NCBI GenBank assembly: GCA_963665775.2 | Contig: CAXXTF010000002.1 | Span: 800,001-864,000 of the forward strand | Reading direction: 5' to 3' | DNA: 64,000 bases | Origin: Dehalococcoidia bacterium | GTDB lineage: Bacteria > Chloroflexota > Dehalococcoidia > SM23-28-2 > RBG-16-64-32 | Shown: piece by piece, positions 18,442-29,762 of the stretch | Position numbering within the stretch: the stretch's first letter is position 1 | Layout: every line of letters begins with the position of its first letter | Program-made: the position numbers and the translations under genes | The notes under the pieces: generated by a model | What the model was told of the DNA's origin: nothing | Database searches by the model: none | Seen by the model: only the letters and a program-made list of their open reading frames with translations

Positions 18442-19815
18442 CTACCGCTCCCCCACCACGCAGTCCTGTATCCGGATATGCGGGCTCCCGTTGGACACCG
18501 GCAGCGGCATCTGCCCCCCCTTGCCGCAGCCGCCCCCCTGATTGAACCCCATGTCGTCCCCCAGCCCGTCGATGTTCATCAGCGTCGTGAACAGATTCCC
18601 CGTCAGCTTCACCGGCCGCACCGCCTCCGCCACTTTCCCGTCCCGGATCATGTACGCCTCGCCCGCCGAGAACGTGAACATCTCCATGCTCGTCGTCCCC
18701 CCAAACCAGTTCTTCGCGTACACCCCCTCCTTGATATCGCCGATCAGCTCCTCGAAGCTTAGGCTCCCCCGCTCGATATACGTATTCGTCATCCGCACGA
18801 TCGGCGGGAACCGGTAGTCAATCGCGCGAGCGTTGCCCGTCGTCCCCTCCCCCATCTTCCCCGCCGTCTCCCGCGAGTGCAGCCGACCCACCAGCACGCC
18901 ATCCCGGATCAGGTCCGTGTGCTGGGCCGGCACCCCCTCGTCATCGTACTTGAAGCTACCCCGCAGGCCCGGCACCGCCGCCCCGTCCATGATGTTCAGA
19001 TGCGGCTGCCCGAACGTCCGCCCCAGCACCATGATCTCCTTCATCCGGTCGTTCTCGTACACGAAGTCGGACTCCGACAGGTGACCGAACGCCTCATGGC
19101 AGAACACCCCCGCCAGCACCGGGTCCAGCACCACCGGGTACGTCCCCGCCTTCACGTACGGCGCCTCCAGCAGCTCCACCGCTCGCCTCGCCAGGCGGCG
19201 CGCCTCCTCCTCCAGCCTCTCCACGTACGAAAAGTCATTCAGAGCGCCCAGGCTCAGGCTCGCCTGCTGCATATCGCCGTCGCGCCGCGCCGTCGCCGCC
19301 AGCCGCGACACGACGTCGATCCGCTCCTGCTCGATGTACGACCCCTCAGAGCTGGCGAACGTCACCCGCTTGTGGCCGTCCCAATAGGTGATGTTGGTGC
19401 TGGTCACCCCCGGCACCGACCACATCGCCTCGTTGTAGCCGTCCAGCAGATCCCTCTTCCTCGATAAGGGGATAGGCCGCGGGTCCGTCTTCACCTCCAG
19501 GGGAACGATATCCACCACCGGCGCCGTCTCCGCCAGCAGGCTTCGCTCGCTCCCCACGTGGCGCGCCTGGCTCACCGCCTCCGCCACCCGCTCCCGCAGG
19601 CCCGTCGGATCGTTGAAGCTGACGAAGCCCCAGCCACCCTTCACCAGCGCCCTCACGTTGCCGCCGAAGCTACGCGTGCGGCCGATCTCCTCCAGATCAT
19701 GGCCCCGATACGTGATCCGGTTCATCAACGTATCGTCGAACCGGACCTCGACGTAATCGGCGTTATGGCCCCTTAGAGCGCCCTCAACCTCGTCCCGGCC
19801 AACGATATCGCTCAT
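18442..19815 (-). CDS. tldD: TldD metalloprotease
   Basis: HEAFGHLSE, YDDEG, RMTNT, GCGKGGQ; start at ATG 19815. Confidence 0.93.
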   Translation of the reverse strand: MSDIVGRDEVEGALRGHNADYVEVRFDDTLMNRITYRGHDLEEIGRTRSFGGNVRALVKGGWGFVSFNDPTGLRERVAEAVSQARHVGSERSLLAETAPVVDIVPLEVKTDPRPIPLSRKRDLLDGYNEAMWSVPGVTSTNITYWDGHKRVTFASSEGSYIEQERIDVVSRLAATARRDGDMQQASLSLGALNDFSYVERLEEEARRLARRAVELLEAPYVKAGTYPVVLDPVLAGVFCHEAFGHLSESDFVYENDRMKEIMVLGRTFGQPHLNIMDGAAVPGLRGSFKYDDEGVPAQHTDLIRDGVLVGRLHSRETAGKMGEGTTGNARAIDYRFPPIVRMTNTYIERGSLSFEELIGDIKEGVYAKNWFGGTTSMEMFTFSAGEAYMIRDGKVAEAVRPVKLTGNLFTTLMNIDGLGDDMGFNQGGGCGKGGQMPLPVSNGSPHIRIQDCVVGER

Positions 19816-19816
19816 G

Positions 19817-20476
19817 CTACGTGGTACGCGCCGCGCGACGGGACCCACCCTCGCCCATCTTCGGCTCCGTCCCCCGGATCAGGCGGCGTATGTTGCTGTG
19901 ATGGCGCGCCAGCACGAAAACGGTGGCGAACAGCCCGAACATCGCCTGACTATACGTGTACTGCTCCACCCCCGCCACGTTCTCCACCTTAAAGACGGCC
20001 AGCAGAAGGAAGGCCAGCCCTCCCAACGGCACCGTTACTATCGACATCAGGGACATGTAGCGGAAGGCCAGCATTATGAAGGCACCCACCGCCACCACGC
20101 CCAGCCCCACATGCAGCCCCAGCGCCGCGTACACCCCGAACGATGTCGCCACGCCGCGGCCGCCACGAAAACGGATAAACACCGGGAAATCGTGCCCCAC
20201 CAGAGCCGCCAGCCCAGCCGCCACCTGCAAATCATGGCTCTCGAACAGATACCAGGTGACCAGAACCGGGACATACCCTTTGAGCGCATCAGCCAGCAAC
20301 ACCGCCAGAAACGGCCCCTGCCCTAGCGTCCGCAGTATGTTGCTCGCCCCCGTCGCCCCGCTCCCGTAGTTCCGCACGTCGATCCGCTTCAGGAGCTTCC
20401 CGGCGAAGTACCCGCTGGGAATCGACCCAATCAGGTACGAGGCAAGGATTACGACAGCGAACTCCCACACGGTCAT
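19817..20476 (-). CDS. plsY: Glycerol-3-phosphate acyltransferase PlsY
   Basis: YLIGSIP, D.R.YGSG..GA.N, DALKG, GHDFP...F.GG.GVAT, RH..NI.RL..G.E. Confidence 0.94.
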   Translation of the reverse strand: MTVWEFAVVILASYLIGSIPSGYFAGKLLKRIDVRNYGSGATGASNILRTLGQGPFLAVLLADALKGYVPVLVTWYLFESHDLQVAAGLAALVGHDFPVFIRFRGGRGVATSFGVYAALGLHVGLGVVAVGAFIMLAFRYMSLMSIVTVPLGGLAFLLLAVFKVENVAGVEQYTYSQAMFGLFATVFVLARHHSNIRRLIRGTEPKMGEGGSRRAARTT

Positions 20477-21828
20477 TCCCCTCTGCTCCGGAACACCAGC
20501 CGAATCGCCGTCCCCTCGAACCCGAACCGCTCGCGAATGGCCTTCTCCAGATAGCGTCGATAAGAGAAGTGTAGCAGACTGGCATCGTTCGCGAACAGAA
20601 CGAAGGTCGGTGGCCGCACCTCCGCCTGCGTGGCGTACCTGATGTGCAGGGGGCGCCCTCCCTTCGACGGCGGCGGGTGGGCTGCCACCGCCGCACGAAT
20701 GGCCGTGTTCACCGCCGCCGTCGGCACCCGGACGGTACGCGTCTCGCCCACCTCCAGTGCCAGATCCAGCAGCCCCTCGACGTTCAGACCCGTCTTGGCG
20801 GACACGAAGGCCAGCGGCGCCCAGGGGGCAAACCGCAACCGACGCAAGGTCCGGTCGGCGAACCCCTGCCGGCTCTCGTCCGTATCCGCCGCCAGGTCCC
20901 ACTTATTGACCGCCACGATGAGCCCCTTGTAAGCGTCCGCGACGGCGCCGGCGATGTGCAGATCCTGGGCCGCCACACCCTGCGTCGCATCGAGCAACAG
21001 AACGCCCACGTCGCAGCGCTCGATCGCCTCCTTGGCGCGCATCACACTGTACCTCTCCAGACCCCGACCAACTCGCCCAGGCCGCCGGATCCCGGCCGTA
21101 TCGATAAGCAACAAACGCTCATCCCTATACACGAATGGGGAGTCAACGGCGTCCCGGGTGGTGCCCGGCTCAGCGCTCACTATAGCCCGCTCCTCACCCA
21201 GTATCGCGTTCACCAGCATCGACTTGCCAACGTTCGGCCGTCCCACCACAGCCAGCCGCAGCTCGTCCGACGGCGCCTCAGGCGTGGACGGCGGCAACAG
21301 CCCCTCCAACCGATCGCCCACCTCTCCCAGACCGACGCCGTGGTAGGCGCTCACCGGAATCGGGTCGCCCAGGCCCAGCTCGTAGAACTCCACCGCCGCC
21401 GCCCGACGCGTCTCGTTGTCCGCCTTGTTCGCCAGCAGAAGTACCGGCTTATCCCCCCGCCGCAGATCCGCCGCTATAGCCGCATCCACAGCCGTCACCC
21501 CCTCCGGAACCCCCACCAGGAACAGCACCACGTCCGCCTCCGCCAACGCCGCCTCCACCTGACGCCGGATCAGCGGGGAGTAGCCCTCCTCCACCGTCGG
21601 CTCCAGCCCCCCCGTATCGATGAGCACGAAGGCCTTACGACCCCATTCGACCTCGCCGTACAGCCGGTCACGCGTAGTCCCCGGGACCTCTTCCACTATC
21701 GCCTTGCGGCTGCCGACAAGCCGGTTGAACAGCGTGGACTTCCCCACGTTCGGCCGGCCAATGATGGCTACGACCGCTTTGCTTGAACCCACAAGACCAC
21801 GTGCGGAGCGAGTCATAGTATCGGACAC
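20473..21828 (-). CDS. der: Ribosome biogenesis GTPase Der (EngA)
   Basis: Two GRPNVGKS / DTxG / NKxD GTPase domains plus KH-like C-terminus. Confidence 0.97.
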   Translation of the reverse strand: MSDTMTRSARGLVGSSKAVVAIIGRPNVGKSTLFNRLVGSRKAIVEEVPGTTRDRLYGEVEWGRKAFVLIDTGGLEPTVEEGYSPLIRRQVEAALAEADVVLFLVGVPEGVTAVDAAIAADLRRGDKPVLLLANKADNETRRAAAVEFYELGLGDPIPVSAYHGVGLGEVGDRLEGLLPPSTPEAPSDELRLAVVGRPNVGKSMLVNAILGEERAIVSAEPGTTRDAVDSPFVYRDERLLLIDTAGIRRPGRVGRGLERYSVMRAKEAIERCDVGVLLLDATQGVAAQDLHIAGAVADAYKGLIVAVNKWDLAADTDESRQGFADRTLRRLRFAPWAPLAFVSAKTGLNVEGLLDLALEVGETRTVRVPTAAVNTAIRAAVAAHPPPSKGGRPLHIRYATQAEVRPPTFVLFANDASLLHFSYRRYLEKAIRERFGFEGTAIRLVFRSRGE

Positions 21829-21830
21829 AG

Positions 21831-23120
21831 CTACGGCCCCTGCTGGGGCGCCTCAGGCTCCTCCAGTTGCACCTGGAGCTCCTCCCGCGATACCGAATCT
21901 ACCGCCAGCCCCGCGGGCGCCGTCACCATCACCTCAACGGTATGCTCGCCCGCCGCCAGACCCGAAAGCTCCAAGATCACCACTATGTCACCAGGACTCA
22001 CAACGAATAGCGTCGGCAACGGACCGGACAGAGTCACCTCCACAGAGGGCAACTCCCCCACCAAGCTCAGCCCCTCTCCCAACCCCGCAGCCATCAGCGG
22101 CACCAGGAACACCAACTGCCCCGAGGCCGCCTCCACCCGAACCGTCACGATAACGCTCACCTCCTCACTGACGTTGGCGCCCGCCGGCAATTCCAGAGAA
22201 ACGGCCCGCACTAAGCTGCTGCTCACCCCACTTATATCGACTGCTTCAGTCTGGACCCCAGCCTTCTCCTGGATCAGGCTCGGCAGACCGAAGATCGTCA
22301 CCGTCGACGGGCTCACCGTCACCGACACCAGATTGTAGCCATCGAGGGGTGCGCCCTGCACCTCCGCAACTATGACCACCGTCCGGCTGAACAGCGTCGG
22401 CTCGATGTTTATCGTTACCGCTATGACGCTCGGCTCCACCGTCACCCCCTGAACCAAAAACCCCCGCTGGTCCCGCGGCTCCAGCCGCACCGCCTGCTCC
22501 AGCGGCGCGCTTCGGCCGCTAACGTCCAGCGACGCCACTACCCGGCTCACCGTGTCCACCCTCTCCTGAGCACCGATCACCAGCACCGTCTCCTCCTCCA
22601 GCTCCGGCAAACCCATAGTGAAACCGGACAACGGCTGGCCCTCCACCTCCACAACAACGGGTACAGACTCGCTAAACAGCGGCTCCAGCCTCACCTCGAT
22701 CTCAAGCGGCTCCGCGTCGATAACCCGTAGCCCGCCCCGGCTGGTGAGCGCCTCCACCTTCACCGGCAGGTCATGAACACCCACCCTCAACCCCTCCAGG
22801 TCCACTGTCGCCTCGAAGTCCACCACCGTCAGCTTCTCCCACTCATCCCGGTCCACTCTGATCCGCGGCCGCACCGTTGCCAGCTTATCCGCCAGAGCCA
22901 CATCCGGTGGCACCGCTACCGGCTCCACCTCCAGATCCAACGGCAATACACCCTCGCGGGTCTCGCTCTCCGTGTCCGCCACGAAGATCCAGAGGCCGAC
23001 GGCCAGCACCCCCGAGAGGGCTACTAACCCACCGTTCTGCCGCACCGACCTCGCCACCGCCATCACGACCACCAGTAGGAACGACAACCCTTCCCGAAAT
23101 AGCCTCCACGGATGCCCCAT
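21831..23120 (-). CDS. cdaR: CdaR/YbbR-domain regulator
   Basis: N-terminal TM followed by repeated YbbR-like beta domains; downstream of cdaA. Confidence 0.85.
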   Translation of the reverse strand: MGHPWRLFREGLSFLLVVVMAVARSVRQNGGLVALSGVLAVGLWIFVADTESETREGVLPLDLEVEPVAVPPDVALADKLATVRPRIRVDRDEWEKLTVVDFEATVDLEGLRVGVHDLPVKVEALTSRGGLRVIDAEPLEIEVRLEPLFSESVPVVVEVEGQPLSGFTMGLPELEEETVLVIGAQERVDTVSRVVASLDVSGRSAPLEQAVRLEPRDQRGFLVQGVTVEPSVIAVTINIEPTLFSRTVVIVAEVQGAPLDGYNLVSVTVSPSTVTIFGLPSLIQEKAGVQTEAVDISGVSSSLVRAVSLELPAGANVSEEVSVIVTVRVEAASGQLVFLVPLMAAGLGEGLSLVGELPSVEVTLSGPLPTLFVVSPGDIVVILELSGLAAGEHTVEVMVTAPAGLAVDSVSREELQVQLEEPEAPQQGP

Positions 23121-23134
23121 CTCTCAGCCCTGAA

Positions 23135-23953
23135 TCAACCGCTCACCCGCGGCAGCTGCCGGCTCGGACGATCCATCTCCGTAGCCGGCAGAAGCAGGCT
23201 ACGCAGCACCGCCCGCAGCCGTGGCCCGTCTAGCCGCGAAAGCACCCGCCCGCTCACCGCTACCGAGACGCTCCCCGTCTCCTCCGATACGACCACCGCC
23301 ACCGCGTCCGTTCGCTCGCTGATCCCCAGGCCCGCCCGGTGCCGCAACCCCTGGAACTCCCGGTCGGCCCGGTCCGACACCGGTAGCGTGCACCCCGCCG
23401 CCATCACCCGGTCCTCACGCAGGATCACCGCTCCGTCATGGAGGGCGGAATTCGGGTAGAAGACGCTCTCCAGCAGCTGAGCTGAGCACGTCGCGTCCAG
23501 CTTCACCCCCGTATCGATATAGTCCTCCAGACCCGTCTCTCGCTCCATCACGACGATCGCCCCGTGCCGCCTCTCAGCCAGACTCAGACAGGCGTCGGCC
23601 ACAACGTCGACAACCCCCTCATACAGGCCGCGTACCGGCCAGGGCCAGCGACCGGTGCGGCCCACCCGCTCCAGGAACCGCCGGATCTCCTGCTGAAAGA
23701 TGATTGGGATCGTGATCAGCAGGGCCGGAAACGAGTTCTCCAGCAGCCAGCGAAGGACCGTGAGGTCCAGCACTCCGGCCAGAATCACCACCCCCACAAG
23801 CACGATGACGATACCCCTAAGCAGAGACATCGCCGTCGTCCCCTTGACCAGGAGAAGGGCCAGATAGATCAGGACGGCGATGCTCAAGATATCGATGACG
23901 CTCGCCGCCTGGAAGCGGTCCAGGGCGTCACGGATCGAATCCCAGGCGCCCAC
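23135..23953 (-). CDS. cdaA: Diadenylate cyclase CdaA
   Basis: Three TM helices, FQQEIRR, LHDGAV, GLRHRA, VSEETG. Confidence 0.95.
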   Translation of the reverse strand: MGAWDSIRDALDRFQAASVIDILSIAVLIYLALLLVKGTTAMSLLRGIVIVLVGVVILAGVLDLTVLRWLLENSFPALLITIPIIFQQEIRRFLERVGRTGRWPWPVRGLYEGVVDVVADACLSLAERRHGAIVVMERETGLEDYIDTGVKLDATCSAQLLESVFYPNSALHDGAVILREDRVMAAGCTLPVSDRADREFQGLRHRAGLGISERTDAVAVVVSEETGSVSVAVSGRVLSRLDGPRLRAVLRSLLLPATEMDRPSRQLPRVSG

Positions 23954-24876
23954 TACCCAACCCCCTCGCCCAGCACGAGGGCCAGCAGCGCCTTCACGGC
24001 GTGCATCTTGTTCTCCGCCTGCTCGAACACCACCGAACGTGCCCCCTCGATAACCCCGTCCGTCACCTCTTCGCCCCGATGCGCAGGCAGATCGTGCATG
24101 AACACCGCCTCCGGCGCCGCCTTCGCCATCAGCTCCTCATCCACCGTGTAGCCCGCGAACGCCTCCTTACGCGACGACGCCTCTCCCTCCTGCCCCATGC
24201 TCGCCCACACGTCCGTGTACACCACGTCCGCTCCGGCCACCGCCTCCCCCGGCGCTCGCGCCAGCGTCACGCTCCCGCCGGACGCCCTCGCCGCCACCCG
24301 CGCCTGTTCGACCAGACCGGCCGGCAGCTCGTACCCCTCCGGCAAGGCGATCCGGAAGTGCATCCCCGACATCGCCGCCCCTAGGCACAGCGACCGCGCC
24401 ACGTTGTTCCCGTCGCCCACGAACGCCAGCGTCACGCCCCGCAGCCCGCCCTTCCTCTCCCGCACGGTCAGCAGGTCGGCCAGCGCCTGGCAGGGATGCT
24501 CGCCATCGGACAGGGCGTTGATCACCGGCACCTCGGCGTGGCGGGCCAGCTCCTCCACCGTCGAGTGGGCGAAGGTGCGCGCCGCAATGCAGTCCACGTA
24601 GCGACTCAGCACCCGCGCCACGTCCGACACCGGTTCCCGCTCGCCCAGACCCACCTCCGGCGGCGACAGGTAGATACACTCGCCGCCCAACTGTCGCATC
24701 GCTACCTCAAAGGAAACGCGAGTGCGCAGCGATGGTTTCTCAAACACCAGCGCCAGCGTCTTCCCCGCCAGCATCCGTTCGCCCTGAGCCTGTCGAAGGG
24801 CCAGCGCCGTCTCCAGGACATGCTCCAGCTCCTGCGACGACAGATCGGATATAGAGATCAGGTCACGACCGCGCAC
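23953..24876 (-). CDS. argF: Ornithine carbamoyltransferase
   Basis: FEKPSLRTR, HPCQALAD, GDGNNV, TDVWASMG, H.LPAHRG.E. Confidence 0.95.
   Translation of the reverse strand: MRGRDLISISDLSSQELEHVLETALALRQAQGERMLAGKTLALVFEKPSLRTRVSFEVAMRQLGGECIYLSPPEVGLGEREPVSDVARVLSRYVDCIAARTFAHSTVEELARHAEVPVINALSDGEHPCQALADLLTVRERKGGLRGVTLAFVGDGNNVARSLCLGAAMSGMHFRIALPEGYELPAGLVEQARVAARASGGSVTLARAPGEAVAGADVVYTDVWASMGQEGEASSRKEAFAGYTVDEELMAKAAPEAVFMHDLPAHRGEEVTDGVIEGARSVVFEQAENKMHAVKALLALVLGEGVG
24775..24800 (-). repeat. REP-like element CCCTTCGACAGGCTCAGGGCGAACGG in-frame inside argF
   Basis: Encodes LRQAQGER; related copies in dnaX and at 24981-25003. Confidence 0.7.
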
Positions 24877-25030
24877 AGCTATACCTCCGAAACCGGCACC
24901 CCAAGTATAGCATCCGCCTTGGGGGAACAGGTCCCCGCCCTTAACTCCCTAGCCCCCTCCCGCTACACTTCCGGCCAGAGCCTGTCCTGAGCCCGTCCAA
25001 GGATCCCCTCCTCAGCAGGAGGCCCCTCCC

Positions 25031-25585
25031 TTGACCGATCCGCTCGAGCGCTACCGCTGGCTCGTCGCCGCCATCTTCGCCCTCCCCCTCCTCATCGGCA
25101 TCGGCTTCCTCCTCAACGACCGCCTCAGCGGGCCCGAACCCCTGGAGATCAACATGGGCGACGTCCCCTTGGGCGAGATCCGGGTCTACGTCACCGGCGC
25201 CGTCCAGCAGCCCGGCGTATACCCCCTCTAGGAAGGCGACCGCTGGATCGACGCCGTGGAGGCCGCCGGCGGCCCTACCGCCGACGCCAACCTCACCGCC
25301 ATCAACCTCGCCCTCCGCGCCCGCGACGAGGACCAGATCGTCGTGCCCCGGCAGGGCGAGACCGCATTCGCCGGCATCGGTCAGCCCCCTCTGATCGACA
25401 TCAACACGGCCAGCGAGACCGCGCTCGAGACCCTGCCCGGCATCGGCCAGGTGCGGGCCGGCAACATCGCTACCTCCCGCACCAGCGATGGCCCCTTCGC
25501 CGACATCGACGAGCTCCTGACTAGAGAACTCATTCCCCGGTCCGTATTCGATGACATCCGAGAGCTGATAACCGCGGGCCCATGA
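25031..25585 (+). pseudogene. comEA: ComEA DNA-binding protein interrupted by an in-frame TAG
   Basis: VYVTGAVQQPGVYPL*EGDRWIDAVEAAGG continues in frame to the IDINTAS...LPGIG HhH; stop at 25229-25231. Confidence 0.88.
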
Positions 25586-27857
25586 CCCTAGCCGTCCTCG
25601 CCCTGGCCTGGCTCCTGGGCATCGCCGCCGCCGCCTTCACCGGCGCCAACCCCGCGGCCACCCTGGCCGCCGCCGCGCTGCTCGCCATCACCTCCTTCGT
25701 CCTCCGGCCGCGCCCGGCCACCCTGCTCCTCGTAGCAGCCGGGGCGGGCGTGATCTTCCTGGCGGCCTGGCGATACGAGTCCACCCTTCCCCCAGATCCC
25801 CCCACCGGCATCGCCCGCTACAACGACGGCCCTGCCGTCCGCTTCCGCGCCATCATCGACAGCGAACCCGACGACCGTGGCACCTCCCGCCTCTACCACC
25901 TCCAGGTGCGGGAAACCTTCATCGACAGCCGCTGGCAACCGGACTCCGGCGGCATCCTGATGAGGGCCTCTGCCTTTCCCCAGTACGAGTACGGCGACCT
26001 CCTGGAGATCGAGGGGAAGCTGGAGACGCCGCCCCGCTTCCAGGACTTCGACTACCGCGAATACCTGCTGCGACGTGGCATCGGCTCCCTCGCCGCCTAT
26101 CCCGAAGTGGAACTGCTGGACACAGGCCAGGGAAACCCCCTGCGTGCCGCCCTCATCGGCGCCCGAGAGCGCCTGTCCGCCAGTCTGGCCGACGCCCTGC
26201 CGGAGCCCGAGGCCTCCCTGGCCACCGGCATTCTCCTGGGTGCCCGCTCGGACATCCCGCAGAAGCTCAAGGAGAACATGAACTCGACCGGCACCTCCCA
26301 CCTGGTGGCCGTCTCCGGTCAGAACGTCACCCTGGTAGCCGGTCTCCTCATGGCGAGCGTGGCCTGGGCCATCGGCAGGCGCCCGGCGGCCTGGCTAGCC
26401 CTTGCCGCCGTCATCGGCTACACCCTCCTCGTCGGCGGCCAACCGTCAGTCATCCGTGCCGCGATAATGGGCAGCCTGTATATCGTCACCGTGGCGCTCG
26501 GCCGCCAGAGCAGCGCGCCCGCTGCCTTGGCCCTGGCCGCCGCCGGCATGACAGCCTTCGACCCCCAGTTGGCCCACGACATCTCCTTTCAGCTCAGCTT
26601 CGCCGCCACCCTCGGCCTCATGACCCTGGCGCCGCTCCTGCGAAGCCGTACTGAGACCGCCCTGAGCCGCTGGCCGGCCTCGGAGTTCCCCCTGACCCAC
26701 CCAGCCATCGACTTGGCGACAGTAACCCTGGCCGCCATCGCCTTCACCCCGCCCATCACCGCCGTCAACTTCCACCGGATATCGCTGGTAGCGCCCGTGG
26801 CCAACCTCTTCGCCGTCCCCGCCTTCATCCTCGTCGCCATCACCTCGGCGGTCACGGCCATCACTGTGACCGTGCTCCCCCCGGCTAGCGACTACCTCGG
26901 CTGGATCGCCTGGCCGCCGGCGTGTGGCTCCTTTCCCAACGCCCTGCTCCCCAGTCATCGCCAACCCCGGCCACCGTCGGCCCGAAAACCCAACCCCTCC
27001 TGCCCGCGACCGCCCTCGCCCTCATACTCGCCCTCTCCTCGCTCCTCCTCTGGCTCGCCATCACCGCTCCCGCCTCCGGCCGCCTCACGGTCACCTTCCT
27101 GGACGTCGGCCAGGGCGACGCCATCCTCATCGAAGGTCCCGCCGGCCACCGCATTCTTGTGGATGGTGGCCCCAGCGGGGAAGCTATCGCCTCCGCCCTG
27201 GGCCGACGCTTACCCTTCTACGACCAGCGCATCGACCTGATCGTCCTGACTCACCCGCAGAGCGACCACATGGCCGGCCTGCCCACCGTCCTCGACCGCT
27301 ACGATGTCGGCAGCGTACTGGCCAGCCCTATTGAGGCCGACACCGACGCTTACCGCGCCTGGACAAAGGCGGTAGCGGCCGCCGGCGTCCCTTACCGGGA
27401 GGCCGAGCGCGGGCAGTGGATCGACCTGGGAGGCGGCGCTCGCCTGACAGTTCTGGGCCCTCTCCCCAGCCTCCTGCCAGCCGATCAGGACGACCCCAAT
27501 GAGGCTTCTATCGTCATGAAGCTGAGCATGGGTCAAGTCGCCGTCCTCCTTACCGGCGACATGGGTGAGGAGGAGGAAGTGGGGCTGATCCGCAGCGGCA
27601 CAGACCTGCAGGCCGCCGTTCTCAAGCTAGGCCACCACGGTTCGGATACATCCTCCTCATCCCAGTTCGTCCGCCGTGTGCTGCCCATCGTTAACGTCAT
27701 CTCGGTCGGGGCGAACAACCGCTACGGCCACCCCTCCGCGGACGTCCTCGAACGGCTGAGCGAGGACCTGATCCTACGCACCGATCGCCACGGCGACATC
27801 ACCGTCTCCACTGACGGCCTCCACCTCTGGATCGAGACCCAATACGGCGGCTACTAG
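25582..27857 (+). pseudogene. comEC: ComEC/Rec2 competence channel, frameshifted near 26920
   Basis: Competence domain (SHLVAVSGQNV, SFQLSF) in frame 1; MBL domain (LDVGQGDA, THPQSDH, HHGS) in another frame. Confidence 0.88.
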
Positions 27858-27927
27858 TCAATCTGAGGGACTGCCCTGTTGCCCCGAATGGAATGGCCCG
27901 CTCACCAATGCTATACTCGCACCCGTC

Positions 27928-28671
<744 letters not shown>

Positions 28672-28887
28672 GGCATCGCCGCTCGAACCAGCGATACCAG
28701 CGCCCTTCGGGCCATAACCCCTTCGTGAGACCGCACTTGGCTCCACTCGAAAGGCCTCGCGAAGGCTAATGACCCAACAATATCTCCGCAGATTAAGAAA
28801 TTCTAATCTTTCTCCAATGTGCACTTTAATGATGGCACCCTACACTGAGGATACTCAGTCACACGAGAATTTTCGCAGGAGGTGGAG

Positions 28888-29541
28888 ATGAGGAAATTAC
28901 TGATCGTAGCGGCCGCACTGCTGGCCCTCGGTCTCGGCGCCATAGCAGTCGGCGGAGCGGTGACTTCAGCCGATGACGGAGATGGCCCCTTCGGCAACTT
29001 GCTGGCCAGGGTCGCCCAGAAGCTCGGCATCACTGAGGCCGAGTTGAAGACGGCGATCCAGGATGCCCAACTGGAGACGATAGACGAGGCGGTGGCGGAA
29101 GGTCTCCTTACGGACGAGCGGGCGACCCGGCTCAGGGAGCGTGTGGAGGCAGGTGGCCATCTGTTCGCGCGTCGGCCGCACCACCACCCCGGTCACCGAC
29201 TCATAATCTCATCAGCAGGACAGGTGCTGGTGGACATAGAGACGACCGACCTGGTCGCAGAATTCAAGGCCGGCAAGAGCCTGGCCGAGGTGGCCGAAGC
29301 GCAGGGGATGAGCGTGGAGGACTTCACGCCGGCGCTGCTCACCGAAATCCAGACGCAGCTCGATGCGCTCGTGGCGGAGGGCAAGCTGACAGCGGAACGG
29401 GCCGCCGAGAAGTTCCAGCACATCGAAGAGAACATCGACCGCATTGTGAACGCCCATCACGAGCCTGGACGCCACTGCGGCTCGCGACACGCCAACGATG
29501 ATGGGGCGCCCACGACGACAGAGACATCGATTACCCTTTAG
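28888..29541 (+). CDS. Secreted helical hypothetical protein
   Basis: Signal peptide; repeated VA.G.LT.E.A and GKSLAEVAEAQG motifs; GGAGG RBS. Confidence 0.75.
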   Translation: MRKLLIVAAALLALGLGAIAVGGAVTSADDGDGPFGNLLARVAQKLGITEAELKTAIQDAQLETIDEAVAEGLLTDERATRLRERVEAGGHLFARRPHHHPGHRLIISSAGQVLVDIETTDLVAEFKAGKSLAEVAEAQGMSVEDFTPALLTEIQTQLDALVAEGKLTAERAAEKFQHIEENIDRIVNAHHEPGRHCGSRHANDDGAPTTTETSITL

Positions 29542-29560
29542 TTAGCGGCGGAGGGGCGGA

Positions 29561-29595
29561 ACTGGGGGGCCGGACGTAACGTCCGGCCCCCCAGT
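29561..29595 (+). terminator. 16-bp perfect hairpin, probable terminator
   Basis: actggggggccggacg-taa-cgtccggccccccagt, 20 nt after the stop; weak U-tract. Confidence 0.65.
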
Positions 29596-29691
29596 GTTGT
29601 CCTCAGGGCCCATTCCGCAGCGAAGGCGATCTTATCTTGACGAGCCTAACCTAGGCATAGGACAACCCGCTCGGCACCCCACTACAAGCCC

Positions 29692-29750
29692 TTGACACGC
29701 TAGAACAGCCGTGCTATCCTCGGATGCAGAACATGTATTCTGCATCCGAG
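29692..29750 (+). promoter_or_regulatory. sigma70 promoter with two LexA/SOS-type boxes
   Basis: TTGACA-N17-(TG-n-)TATCCT; AGAAC-AGCC-GTGCT at 29702-29715 and AGAAC-ATGT-ATTCT at 29728-29741. Confidence 0.7.
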
Positions 29751-29762
29751 GGTTGGTGCGCC

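Noticed and set aside
25229-25231. Pyrrolysine read-through of the comEA amber codon
   Set aside because: No pyl genes in the window, the position is non-catalytic, and the adjacent comEC is also broken
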